DNA of 59,583 nucleotides from a virus (IMGVR_UViG_3300049432_000036:1-59583); one strand, 5' to 3'. Shown: positions 19,193-28,830, numbered from the stretch's first letter. Notes: generated by a model from the letters alone, not told the origin. A program made the numbers and translations.

Positions 19193-22100
19193 ATGGAGTA
19201 TGTATCCCTTCACCATCACAGCACTTACAGCTACATGGACGGCTTCGGGCCGGTCAAGGATCACGTCGAACGCGCGGCGGAACTAGAGATGAACGCTCTG
19301 GCCCTCACCGAGCACGGCAACGTCTCCTCTCATGTACAGCTGGAGAAAGAGAGCAACAGGCTAGGTATCAAGCCGATCTTCGGGCTGGAGGCTTACTGCG
19401 CGCCGTCGAACATGAAGGAGCAGAAGAACCGGCGGAAGTGGCACTTGACCCTGTTGGCTGAGACGGATGAGGGATACCGCAACCTCATGAGGCTTGTCAC
19501 CAAGTCGTGGGCGGAGGGCTTCTACCAGTGGCCCACCGTCCACGGCGAGTGGCTGAGGGAGCACAGCGAAGGGATCATCGCCCTGTCCGGCTGCGCAGAC
19601 TCTCATCTGTCTTGTACGTTGCTCGGCGGCAAGGGCCGCGAGACGGGCGACGAGCGGGAAGCCCTTGCTGTTATGAGGAATTACAAGAGGATCTTCGGTG
19701 ATAGGTACTATGTCGAGGTCCAGATGTTCCCCGAGTTGGAGCGGACGCGGAAGCTCAACCCTTGGTTTGCAAATGCTGCGGCCAAGCTCGGCGTGAAGAT
19801 CGTCGCGACCGCAGACTGCCACTACCCGTTGCCCGATGACAACAAGATGCAAACTATCCTTCACACGGCCGGGCGCGGACTTGGCACCGTGGACACGGCG
19901 GAGTCACAGTGGGAGTACAACATCCGGCTGTGCCCGCCGTCCTCGGACCGCGTTGTCATGGATCGCCTGCGGGCTACCGGCCTGACTAGGTCACAAGCCT
20001 CCCAAGCCCTCCATACAACGGCGGAGATCGCTAGCCGTTGCAGCGTTGAGCTTCCGAAGATGGATATGTTGAAGTTCCCTTTGCCTCGTGGGGTGAAGGA
20101 CAAGACTGAGCTGATCTGGTCTTGGCTTCGGGAAGGCTGGAAGTTCCGCTGGCAGACTGATGCCTACCTTCGAGAGCACAAGAAGGAGGCTGTAGAGCGG
20201 ATCAAGTACGAGATGGAAATGATCATCATGAAGGACTATGTTGATTACTTCCTCATGCTCTCGGATGCTGTGCGCTGGTGCAAGGAGAAGGCAGACCCGG
20301 TCGCCGTCGGCCCGGCCCGTGGGTCGGCCGCAGCGTCGTTGGTTTGCTACATTCTGCGCATCACGGAGATCAACCCGCTTCCTTTCCCCAACATGCTGTT
20401 CGAGCGGTTCATCGACATCAACCGAACCGACCTTCCTGACGTCGACCTGGACTTCGATGACGAGAACCGTTGGCAGCTCGTAGAGCACTTGACCGACTTG
20501 TACGGCGCGGACCACGTCGCCAACATCGGTACCTACACGAAGTACCGGGGCAAGAACTCCTTGGAGGATGTGGCACGTGCACATGACATCCCCGTTTGGG
20601 AGATCCAGCCGGTGAAGGATCTGATGATTGAGAGATCGGGCGGTGACTCCCGGCTGGACTCTTCGATCGAGGACACCGTGGACATGTTCCCGGCTGCGCG
20701 GGCCGTCTTCGACAAGCACCCCGAGTTGGAGTATGCGCTTCGGCTTGAGGGCAACATGAAGGCGTCTTCGGTCCACGCGGCCGGACTCGTGATCAGCAAC
20801 GACCCCATCACCGAGAACGTCGCGATGTATGAGCGGAAGGACAAGCACGGGAACTCGCGACGTGTGGTGAGCGTGGACAAGTATGACGCGGAGTACTTGG
20901 GCATGCTGAAGGCCGACTTCCTTGGACTCACCACCATGGGGATGGTAGCTCGTGCCATCAAGCAGATTGGGATGCCCCTCAACGACCTGTACCACCTGCC
21001 GTTCACGGATGAGAAGGTGCTGGAGGCGTTCCGCGAGAACGACGTGGTTGGCATCTTCCAGTTTGGCGGAGGTGCTACCAAGATTGTCAACGGAGATGTG
21101 AAACCGGACAACTTCCTGGAGCTGTGCGATATCAACGCGCTCTCCCGGCCGGGGCCGCTTCACTCGGGCAGCACCTCCGACTACATCGACATCAAGCATG
21201 GGCGGAAGAAGGCGGAGAGCTTCCACCCGATGATCGATGAGATCACGAAGCACACTTATTCCACAATCATCTACCAGGAACAGATCCTCAGAATCATCAA
21301 GGAGATGGGTGGTCTTCCCTGGACGCACGTCCAGGAGATCCGGCGCATCATCTCCCTCAAACGAGGGGTCGGCGCGTTCCAGCAACGGTTCGAGCAGTTC
21401 GTTGAAGGGGCGAAGGAGCACGGCGTTGACCGCACTCTCGCAGACCGCATCTGGAAGCGGTTGGTAACGGCTGGACAGTACGCCTTCAACCAGTCGCACT
21501 GTGTGAGCTATTCGGCCTTGGCCTACTGGCAGATGTACCTCAAGGTCTACCACCCGCAGGCGTTCTACGCAGCTTGTCTCGTGAAGTTCGACAAGATCCA
21601 GTACAAGCTGATGCGGGACGCTATGAGCCACGGGCTGGCGATCAAGCCGCCGGGTCTCAACACTGCGCACGTCGACTGGTACAGCGACGGCGATGTCATT
21701 CGCGCAGGATACAAGCAGATTCCCGGCGTCGGCTACAAGATGGCCGAAGCAATCATCGAGGAACGGGAGACCAACGGGCCGTTTGAGAACTGGGAAGATC
21801 TCATCAGGGTAAAGGGGATTGGCGAGAAGACCGCGCCGAAATACGCCCACTGGGCTGCACACGAAGACCCGTTCGGTATCCACCGCGTGGACCTCGTGTT
21901 GGAGCGGGTGCGGAAGGCGATCACGTCCGGCCGACTGATGGACCAGGACATGAAGGGTCGTATGATCCCGCTGCCCACGCCAAACTTCCGAGGTGCGGAG
22001 ATACCCACAGATCAAGGTGATGTAGCCGTCACCTACATCGGCATCCCGCAGAAGCGGAACCCGCAGGATGTCATCGAGGATGAGCGGGCGCGTACGGGTA

Positions 22101-22387
22101 AGAGCATGGCTGAGGTAACCGCCGAGATCAAGCGGCCGGACCTCTCGAAGAAGATGACCGTTGAGTGCTTCGACGACACGGATGTCTTGGTATATGTGAG
22201 GTTTGGCCGGTATGACTTCCCGCGCTTCGAGAAGGCGTTGTGGAATATGCGACTCAACCACGACGTGTTGATCGTGAAGGGCATGAAGCGGAAGGGCTTC
22301 GGTACCGGCATCCATGTCAAGGCGGCGTGGTGTATCGACCCGGATGACCTGTTAGAAGAGGAAGACGGCGAGGAGGATGAGTCATAG
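19193..22387 (+). CDS. dnaE: DNA polymerase III alpha subunit (DnaE-like, family C)
   Basis: PHP motifs HHHS/TEHG/DCHY; RGSAAASLV; catalytic PDVDLD; KADFLGL; AFNQSH. Confidence 0.97.
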   Translation: MEYVSLHHHSTYSYMDGFGPVKDHVERAAELEMNALALTEHGNVSSHVQLEKESNRLGIKPIFGLEAYCAPSNMKEQKNRRKWHLTLLAETDEGYRNLMRLVTKSWAEGFYQWPTVHGEWLREHSEGIIALSGCADSHLSCTLLGGKGRETGDEREALAVMRNYKRIFGDRYYVEVQMFPELERTRKLNPWFANAAAKLGVKIVATADCHYPLPDDNKMQTILHTAGRGLGTVDTAESQWEYNIRLCPPSSDRVVMDRLRATGLTRSQASQALHTTAEIASRCSVELPKMDMLKFPLPRGVKDKTELIWSWLREGWKFRWQTDAYLREHKKEAVERIKYEMEMIIMKDYVDYFLMLSDAVRWCKEKADPVAVGPARGSAAASLVCYILRITEINPLPFPNMLFERFIDINRTDLPDVDLDFDDENRWQLVEHLTDLYGADHVANIGTYTKYRGKNSLEDVARAHDIPVWEIQPVKDLMIERSGGDSRLDSSIEDTVDMFPAARAVFDKHPELEYALRLEGNMKASSVHAAGLVISNDPITENVAMYERKDKHGNSRRVVSVDKYDAEYLGMLKADFLGLTTMGMVARAIKQIGMPLNDLYHLPFTDEKVLEAFRENDVVGIFQFGGGATKIVNGDVKPDNFLELCDINALSRPGPLHSGSTSDYIDIKHGRKKAESFHPMIDEITKHTYSTIIYQEQILRIIKEMGGLPWTHVQEIRRIISLKRGVGAFQQRFEQFVEGAKEHGVDRTLADRIWKRLVTAGQYAFNQSHCVSYSALAYWQMYLKVYHPQAFYAACLVKFDKIQYKLMRDAMSHGLAIKPPGLNTAHVDWYSDGDVIRAGYKQIPGVGYKMAEAIIEERETNGPFENWEDLIRVKGIGEKTAPKYAHWAAHEDPFGIHRVDLVLERVRKAITSGRLMDQDMKGRMIPLPTPNFRGAEIPTDQGDVAVTYIGIPQKRNPQDVIEDERARTGKSMAEVTAEIKRPDLSKKMTVECFDDTDVLVYVRFGRYDFPRFEKALWNMRLNHDVLIVKGMKRKGFGTGIHVKAAWCIDPDDLLEEEDGEEDES

Positions 22388-22544
22388 CTTTCGATGGTGC
22401 CCGGCTTTCACTTGGGGCGCAAGGCGGCACTTGCATAAGTGTTGCATGACGGACCAACACAAGTTCCGTGGATTGATGATGCACTTCTGCGAGTGCGGGC
22501 ACGCATGGGAGGCGAAGATATGGGATGGATTATCTGGGGAGTAA
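22377..22544 (+). CDS. Small Cys/His-rich protein (55 aa)
   Basis: GGAGG RBS; MSHSFRWCPA...HFCECGHAW. Confidence 0.5.
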   Translation: MSHSFRWCPAFTWGARRHLHKCCMTDQHKFRGLMMHFCECGHAWEAKIWDGLSGE

Positions 22545-22631
22545 CCCTCTGGGGCTTTATATGCTTCGGACTTGGGATGCTGCTCGGCGCATACGTAACC
22601 AGAGAACATCGAGCGATGAGGAGTTACTGGG

Positions 22632-22928
22632 ATGGCCCTTGGCAGCAATCGGGACAAGCAACCGACTCGGGTGGCGGAGATCCTGCTGAACGCGCAGGCT
22701 CTGGACGACCGGCGCCAGGTACAGATCAACCGGCAGATCCGGATCATCAACCGGCTCGTGGAGGAGAACACGGCCCTGCGGAACGGACTTGAGTCGATTC
22801 GCAACGACGAAGACCAGGAGATGACCGCCGTCGAAGCTGCGGTCGCCACCCTGGCTGGGGCAAACAACATCACCGAACGCTGGCACCGCGAAGACGCGGA
22901 GTGGGAAAAGGAGCAGGAGAAGAAATGA
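22632..22928 (+). CDS. Hypothetical coiled-coil protein
   Basis: Heptad-like sequence; ATGA overlap with next gene. Confidence 0.6.
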   Translation: MALGSNRDKQPTRVAEILLNAQALDDRRQVQINRQIRIINRLVEENTALRNGLESIRNDEDQEMTAVEAAVATLAGANNITERWHREDAEWEKEQEKK

Positions 22929-23614
22929 CCGAACCGAGCATCACCGGAATGGCAGCACAAGACGGCGGGACCGAACTGCTGAAGTACATGGGAACGGACG
23001 CGCAGCGTTGGGCTCAGGCGTTCATGAAGGTCGTGGCCGATCGGCCCGCGCCGGAGATCGATGAGGGCTTCATGATCGGCTGGTTCGCGAATGCGATCGA
23101 GACCGGCCGGTCCGCAGCCATGAGTAGTTCGGAGTACGTCACCAGCATCAACGAGTTCGCCCTCAAGGCCAACGAGACCGCCCACAAGAAGGGCTGGTGG
23201 AGCAACGCCAGGCAGTTCGACGGCGTACTGATGCTCATCGTCTCGGAAGCCAGTGAAGCCCTGGAGGAGTGGAGAAACAACCACAAGGAGGACGAAGGCT
23301 ACTGGAGCCTGCCGAAGTACCGGCCAGCGATCGAAGCCCTCCCTGAGGGACTGCGTGAGACCGCAGCCACGATCGAAGAGATGCCTGATGATGGAATCGA
23401 CATCGTGGATGAGAACTTCAATCAGGACGAGATCCAGGCTCTCGCCATGGAGGGCTTCCTGAAGCCTGAGGGTATCCCGTCCGAGCTGGCTGACATCGTG
23501 ATCCGCGTCATGGATTGCGCGGTGGAGTACGGCATCGACCTCGAAGACGAGATCACCCTCAAGATGGCCTACAACGCCACCCGGCCGCACAAGCACGGAG
23601 GCAAGCGCTCGTGA
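22925..23614 (+). CDS. MazG-like NTP pyrophosphohydrolase
   Basis: LIVSEASEALEEWR, ELADIVIRVMD, KMAYNATRPHKHG. Confidence 0.88.
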   Translation: MTEPSITGMAAQDGGTELLKYMGTDAQRWAQAFMKVVADRPAPEIDEGFMIGWFANAIETGRSAAMSSSEYVTSINEFALKANETAHKKGWWSNARQFDGVLMLIVSEASEALEEWRNNHKEDEGYWSLPKYRPAIEALPEGLRETAATIEEMPDDGIDIVDENFNQDEIQALAMEGFLKPEGIPSELADIVIRVMDCAVEYGIDLEDEITLKMAYNATRPHKHGGKRS

Positions 23615-23732
23615 GCCGATGGTGCACCAGAAACCACAGGATACATGGGCTGTTGCACTACACCAGCATCCGGACTCGCTTGATCCTGGAAGCGAGTCAC
23701 CTATCAACGTACGCTTGCAGGTTGAGGAACCG

Positions 23733-24218
23733 ATGACACTTCGTATCTACATCGCCGGGCCGATCATGGCGCCAGGCGCGGACGGCTTCCTGCCGACAAG
23801 GGCGGAAATCGAAGGCCGCAAGAAGAAGTTTTATGAGGTATACAACAGGATTCGGGAGAGCGTCGGCAACGACAACGTCGTGGTCAACCCGCTCGACATC
23901 CCGGCCTGCGGCGGTGTGCCAACGAACCCGTATCTCCACGCGGGATTGCCACAGTGTCCGTCAACCGAGATGGGCGGCGTCGAACACTCGTGGCAGTGTT
24001 TCCTCAGGTACGACCTGGAGAAGATGGTCATGTGCGATGAGCTCGTCATGCTCCCGGGCTGGGAAGGGTCGCCGGGAGCCTCAGTCGAACACAAGGTGGC
24101 GAAGATGCTCGGACTGGAGATCAACTTCTGGTGCGACGTCCACAACATCTCCCACCCCGAAGACGGTTTCAACCCTGCATGCGAAGGAGTGACGAATGTC
24201 AACCGTATTCATCCCTGA
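23733..24218 (+). CDS. DUF4406/nucleoside 2-deoxyribosyltransferase-like protein
   Basis: IYIAGP, VVNP, CDELVMLPGWEGSPGASVE. Confidence 0.85.
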   Translation: MTLRIYIAGPIMAPGADGFLPTRAEIEGRKKKFYEVYNRIRESVGNDNVVVNPLDIPACGGVPTNPYLHAGLPQCPSTEMGGVEHSWQCFLRYDLEKMVMCDELVMLPGWEGSPGASVEHKVAKMLGLEINFWCDVHNISHPEDGFNPACEGVTNVNRIHP

Positions 24219-25224
24219 GTGGCTCGTGACCCGGCGCGAGACGGACGACGGGCACCTGTTCCCGGCGGCCAGCCGACTCGACAGCGACACGACGGAGCAC
24301 GACGTTCTCACCAGGGATGTGGCGTTCAACCGTCACTCCATGAACGACGGGCACCACATCTCGCCGTACGACAACAACACGGTCCAGGTCGGCTCCGACA
24401 ACATCGAGGCGGCGCTGGTACAGGGGATCGATGAGGCGAACTTCAAGCGCGTCCTGTCGGCCGCGACGCGGGCCACGATCGGTATCGACATCACGCCGGA
24501 ATGGGAGGTGTGTGATTACAACTGGGATCTGGTGACCGAATGCAAGAAGGGCCACACGGATCACCGAGCCGACACGGTGCGCAGCCGACGCATGGGGTTG
24601 CGTGATCCGCTGGAGCCGGAGAAGGACTGGGAGGAGATGTTGAAGGGCGGTCTCCAGACGGCGCTAGAGTCGCAGACCATTGTGTTCGCGGTCACTGGGG
24701 TGTCGCGGACTTGTACGCATCAGCTCGTCCGCTCCCGGCGCGCAGCCTTCCACCAGCAGTCCCAGCGAGCTTCGTTCATGGGCGACCACCCCGAGATGCG
24801 GATGCCGGAGAGCGTGTGGCGGAAGCCGGACGTACGGCTGAAGTGGATCGAGGCGATCATGAAGTCGCACGAGGCGTATCGGGCTGCATGCGAGGCCGAT
24901 GTGGCATATCAGGACGCCCGGTTCATCTTGCCGGAGGGTACGACCAACTTCATCATGCTGGAGTACCCTGTGCGCGAGTTCCTGAACGTGTACGCCTACC
25001 GCGCCTGTCACATGTTCCAGTGGGAGATCGCTGCGGTCATGCGGGAGTGCCGGGAGGCGCTGCTGAAGGCACACCCGTGGTTGGAGCCGTACGTGAAGAT
25101 CACGTGTGAGAAGACCGGCGTGTGCGAGTTCCAGGGCTGGGAGAAGGTCGAAGGGCAGTGCACGCTGCCCATGGCGAAGGAAGACAACCGGCGGTTCAAG
25201 CCGGTTCATCACCGGATCGGATAG
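24196..25224 (+). CDS. thyX: Divergent ThyX-like flavin-dependent thymidylate synthase
   Basis: GVSRTCTHQLVRSR..FHQQSQR, DARFILP, QWEI; several canonical residues substituted. Confidence 0.85.
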   Translation: MSTVFIPEWLVTRRETDDGHLFPAASRLDSDTTEHDVLTRDVAFNRHSMNDGHHISPYDNNTVQVGSDNIEAALVQGIDEANFKRVLSAATRATIGIDITPEWEVCDYNWDLVTECKKGHTDHRADTVRSRRMGLRDPLEPEKDWEEMLKGGLQTALESQTIVFAVTGVSRTCTHQLVRSRRAAFHQQSQRASFMGDHPEMRMPESVWRKPDVRLKWIEAIMKSHEAYRAACEADVAYQDARFILPEGTTNFIMLEYPVREFLNVYAYRACHMFQWEIAAVMRECREALLKAHPWLEPYVKITCEKTGVCEFQGWEKVEGQCTLPMAKEDNRRFKPVHHRIG

Positions 25225-25281
25225 TTGAAGTTCGGCGGTGCGTCGGCTCCGGTCGGCGCACCCACCACCTTGGAGATGTTC

Positions 25282-25692
25282 ATGCCCGAACCAAAGGAGA
25301 TCGATCCGAAGCTGCTGGATCGGATCAACGTTGCTATCCACGAGTCCCTGATGCAAATGGTCAGGGTCATGGTACAAACCGGCTTCAAGCCCGCGTCTGC
25401 GATCAGCCTCGTGCGCGAGCGCCTGGACAACATCGAGTCACTCATCAAGGAGGAAGAACGTGGTACGTCTGCTGATGTTTCTCTACTGCTTGCTGGTGGC
25501 AAGCGAAAGCTCAGCGCCGAAGAAGTCAAGGCGCGTCTGGCCGTGGTCCGGCCGCCGGAAGGCGGACCCGGTGAAGGACTTCCTGGCGCTGCGGGAGAGC
25601 CGGGCGCACCAGTTGGCCCTGGAGGCAGGGTCAAGAGCGCTGGTGAAAGCGTCCACCCAGACGACATCGAAGTCTGTGAAGGGCACGGCTGA
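25282..25692 (+). CDS. Hypothetical protein
   Basis: MPEPKEIDP...; 3' part overlaps next ORF. Confidence 0.5.
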   Translation: MPEPKEIDPKLLDRINVAIHESLMQMVRVMVQTGFKPASAISLVRERLDNIESLIKEEERGTSADVSLLLAGGKRKLSAEEVKARLAVVRPPEGGPGEGLPGAAGEPGAPVGPGGRVKSAGESVHPDDIEVCEGHG

Positions 25693-26050
25693 CAAGCCGA
25701 AGCACAGGGCAACTGTCGAGGTGATCCCGCCCTCGCTCGTGGAGTTCGAAGCGGAGACGGCGGTCATTCTCCAGATACCGCGTGCAACTGAGGCGTCGTA
25801 CCGTCTGGGCATGTTCGGCAACCGGCGGTATGACAACCCGATCGGCCGGACGCTGACCCGGGAGTTCATCCGGCGTGACCCGCAGCACACGCCCCTGATC
25901 GCCATACGCCATGTCCCGGTTGAGGACGCAGTGCGAGCCGCATGGCACGCCACCGTCACCCACGAGGGCCAAACCTCGCCAGCGTCGGCGCAGGCTCCGA
26001 AGGGACGGGCCACCCCGAAGCGCCCGAAGCGGAAGCAGAGGGACTGGTAA
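25460..26050 (+). CDS. Hypothetical protein
   Basis: AAGGAGG RBS before GTG; TAATG coupling to next gene. Confidence 0.55.
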   Translation: MVRLLMFLYCLLVASESSAPKKSRRVWPWSGRRKADPVKDFLALRESRAHQLALEAGSRALVKASTQTTSKSVKGTADKPKHRATVEVIPPSLVEFEAETAVILQIPRATEASYRLGMFGNRRYDNPIGRTLTREFIRRDPQHTPLIAIRHVPVEDAVRAAWHATVTHEGQTSPASAQAPKGRATPKRPKRKQRDW

Positions 26051-26289
26051 TGGCCCTCGACAACAACCCTGGCCAGTTCGCTCCGGGGTCGGAAGGGAAG
26101 TGGGGTGACTTCGTGGACAGCGTCGGAGACATCACCCGTCACACGCCGTCACAGGTCCGCGCGGCGCAGCTCTCGGTGGTGGAGATCGGAGCGAAGCTGG
26201 ACCCGGTCGAAACGTTGTTGTTTCTATCAATGCTGGGGATTGACAGGAAGGTCGATCAACATGACGACGATTGCAAGGACGGTCGATAG
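26050..26289 (+). CDS. Hypothetical protein
   Basis: TAATG coupling. Confidence 0.6.
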   Translation: MALDNNPGQFAPGSEGKWGDFVDSVGDITRHTPSQVRAAQLSVVEIGAKLDPVETLLFLSMLGIDRKVDQHDDDCKDGR

Positions 26290-26554
26290 GGACAAGTCCC
26301 TTCCCCACCAGATCATCATCGGAACCGGACGGCATACCGGCGAGATGTCGGTGAGTTGTAACTGCCGGAAGTTCGGCAGGCAAGGCGGCGGATACTCGCC
26401 GATGGGGTTCGTGGCGTACGGAGACGGGTCGGAGCTCGAAGCCCTCAAGCTCTACAACCAGCCGGGCTGGCACAACAAGGTCGACGGGGAGCCGGACTTC
26501 CACCCCGAGCTCAACAACTACCAGAACGTCAAGAATGTGGAGGTCAATGAATGA
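26261..26554 (+). CDS. Hypothetical protein
   Basis: AGGAAGG RBS; CxC motif. Confidence 0.6.
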   Translation: MTTIARTVDRDKSLPHQIIIGTGRHTGEMSVSCNCRKFGRQGGGYSPMGFVAYGDGSELEALKLYNQPGWHNKVDGEPDFHPELNNYQNVKNVEVNE

Positions 26555-27150
26555 GCCGGTACACGTCGGAGACTACGGGGTGGGCTGTGGTGACGGCTTA
26601 CGATCCCGGCGGTACGACTGGCTGGAGTGTGATGTGTGTTGAACCCACAGCCCTGCTGGTGAAACGACACGCCTCCATCGAGCGGCCGAAGGTCTATGGG
26701 GCGGCCGGTAAGCCGCTCCCGGGAGTGCTGAAGCACTTTGCTTATGGAGAGATCACCGGTCCCCGTCCGGAGCAGTGCGACCAGCTTGCCGAGCTGATCG
26801 ATATGTGGGCTGACTGCGCGGTGGTCGGCGAGCGGTTCGACCTCCGCAAGTTCCTGCGCGATCCGGCGCTGTTGGAGCCCGTACGGTTTAACGCTTGCAT
26901 CGAATGGCATCTGTACGGGTCCGGCCGTCCGCTCCACGAACAGACACCAGAACAAGCGAAGTCACGATGGAACGACGACCGGCTGAAGCGGGCGAAGTCG
27001 CTGGGCCATCCTTGGTGGGTGGTTGGGAAGGATCACGCACGGGACGGCGTACGCCATGCGGGGTTGTTCCTGGATCGAGCTCGCCAGCAACCGGAGCTGC
27101 GCGGCAGAGCGTGGCCCCATTTGTTCAATCTCAAGGGAGAACTGAAGTGA
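26551..27150 (+). CDS. RuvC-like Holliday junction resolvase
   Basis: AYDPGGTTG, VVGERF, HARDGVRH (RNase H fold acidic residues). Confidence 0.8.
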   Translation: MSRYTSETTGWAVVTAYDPGGTTGWSVMCVEPTALLVKRHASIERPKVYGAAGKPLPGVLKHFAYGEITGPRPEQCDQLAELIDMWADCAVVGERFDLRKFLRDPALLEPVRFNACIEWHLYGSGRPLHEQTPEQAKSRWNDDRLKRAKSLGHPWWVVGKDHARDGVRHAGLFLDRARQQPELRGRAWPHLFNLKGELK

Positions 27151-27584
27151 CTGAGAAGCTTGTAGACCTCCGGCCGGAAGAGGGCGACCACCCTCTCATC
27201 AAGCTACCGGCAACGGTGGTCGAATGGATGCGGGATCGGCCACAGCCTCCGTTGTACAACGCGTACATCTGCCGTCGCCGTGCCAAGCACATCATCGTCA
27301 CCGTCGACATCCACGCGGGCGTGACGCCCATGTTCCTCAGTTGCCGCGACCCGCACTGTGACTCGGACATGGTGTCGGCCGGATACCCCGGCGGCGGCAA
27401 GGGACCGGTTCCGGATCACCTTCGCGACAAGCCGGTCTGGGTCTGGTACCGGATGAGCGAGCCGGAGTTCCGGAAGGAACCGGCTGAGGTACGCGGCCAC
27501 GTTTTGCAAGGCGGGCTGAAGATCCGGCCCTGCCCACTGACGCTGGACCAGTTCGAAGCGGAGTGGGCTCGTCATGGCGCGTGA
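27147..27584 (+). CDS. Hypothetical protein
   Basis: GTGA overlap; Cys motifs. Confidence 0.65.
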   Translation: MTEKLVDLRPEEGDHPLIKLPATVVEWMRDRPQPPLYNAYICRRRAKHIIVTVDIHAGVTPMFLSCRDPHCDSDMVSAGYPGGGKGPVPDHLRDKPVWVWYRMSEPEFRKEPAEVRGHVLQGGLKIRPCPLTLDQFEAEWARHGA

Positions 27585-27813
27585 TCGCCGGTTCGGCGGC
27601 GCGATGTGGATGGAGTATCTGGGCTCCATTCTGGAGACGGAGCCGGAGGTATGTCCGGACTCCGCGATCACGCGCTACAAGTACGACGAGTGGAACTACA
27701 TCGAAGTCCACATGAGCGAACGTGGTATCGAGATCCGCTCGGTAGGGGCAGAAATGCTCATCAGTCCTATATCTGGTAACAACGTCGAAGTCTTTCTGAG
27801 GGATCGCAGATGA
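27574..27813 (+). CDS. Hypothetical protein
   Basis: Packed in operon. Confidence 0.6.
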   Translation: MARDRRFGGAMWMEYLGSILETEPEVCPDSAITRYKYDEWNYIEVHMSERGIEIRSVGAEMLISPISGNNVEVFLRDRR

Positions 27814-28208
27814 GCAGGCAAGTGGTAGTGGATCAGCGCTTCGAGTCCGAACCGGCCAAGGTGGTGTGGAAGTACTCGGTGCCTCTGGAGAGGGGACCGC
27901 AGCAGATTGCGATCTTGCCCGGCTCGCGTATGGTGCACTGCGAGTTCTTCGCTGTCTCGGCTGTGAGCGGAGAGTTCCAGATTTGGTACGAGGTGCCGCT
28001 CATCGTGATGGAGGAGCCGTACAAGCCGCGTGTGTTCCAGGTCTTCGGGACCGGCGACCAGAGCATTCCCAAGTCGGCCAAGCATGTGCACACGGGCATC
28101 TACTGGAACGAAGACCGTGGACGCCGGACCACGCCGCAGTACGTGTGGCACTTGTACGAGTACCCGAGCGGCGCTCACCTCGTGGAGAAAGTGACAGGGA
28201 TCATCTGA
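27810..28208 (+). CDS. Hypothetical phage protein
   Basis: VWKYSVPL...FQVFGTG...YVWHLYE, a common small phage-protein pattern. Confidence 0.7.
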   Translation: MSRQVVVDQRFESEPAKVVWKYSVPLERGPQQIAILPGSRMVHCEFFAVSAVSGEFQIWYEVPLIVMEEPYKPRVFQVFGTGDQSIPKSAKHVHTGIYWNEDRGRRTTPQYVWHLYEYPSGAHLVEKVTGII

Positions 28209-28480
28209 TGGGCCCCGAGGAGCGCTGTGCCGATACTGACATGTTGGTTGGGCAGTGCGCTTGTGCGAAGCATCGCAACTCGGTGATGGACTGCGAGGTC
28301 TACGGAGATCGCACGTCGGCCGAGAAGAGACGCATCATCACCGGCCGGTTCAAGGTCCGCTGGGGCGCTGACTGTAGCGACTGCGGAGCGCCGATCCTGA
28401 TGGACGAGGCCGCAGCATACACCAATACGGGCGCGATCGTTTGCGGTCCGTGCTCAGACATCATTGAAGGAGTGGCGTAA
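28208..28480 (+). CDS. Cys-rich (Zn-binding) hypothetical protein
   Basis: CSDC and CGPC pairs; TGATG coupling. Confidence 0.65.
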   Translation: MGPEERCADTDMLVGQCACAKHRNSVMDCEVYGDRTSAEKRRIITGRFKVRWGADCSDCGAPILMDEAAAYTNTGAIVCGPCSDIIEGVA

Positions 28481-28830
28481 TGGGCATGCGTGGCAAGGTG
28501 ACACAGGACTCCCTGAACGAGTCGGAAGCGGCGGAGTTCTGGGAGCAGTGCGTGGGCGATCGCCAGCTATCGTGGACGGTTGGGAAGTTCTCCAGCCATG
28601 ACCACTGGCCGGTGAAGTTGTACGAAGCCGAGACCGGCGAGAGTGGGACGCTTGTCATCACCGATCTCCAATTTGCCCAGGTGACATTCGTGTACGCGAA
28701 GAACGGCGTTGACTGGCACACGCTCTCCCTGGAGTACCTCAACGACGACGGCGATTGGAAGCCATTCAAGATCTCGGTGGAGTTCGTCCGCTGGCAGACC
28801 CACCGGCGGAACCGCCGACTCCAAGCATGA
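28480..28830 (+). CDS. Hypothetical protein
   Basis: TAATG coupling. Confidence 0.65.
   Translation: MGMRGKVTQDSLNESEAAEFWEQCVGDRQLSWTVGKFSSHDHWPVKLYEAETGESGTLVITDLQFAQVTFVYAKNGVDWHTLSLEYLNDDGDWKPFKISVEFVRWQTHRRNRRLQA

Noticed and set aside
19991-22315. Long minus-strand ORFs (774 aa here; also 4206-5555, 31473-33074, 33256-34833, 39248-40867)
   Set aside because: Antisense shadows of high-GC3 plus-strand genes; no motifs or RBS
19193-22387. Intein or split DnaE
   Set aside because: Single 1064-aa ORF with contiguous motifs and no intein signatures
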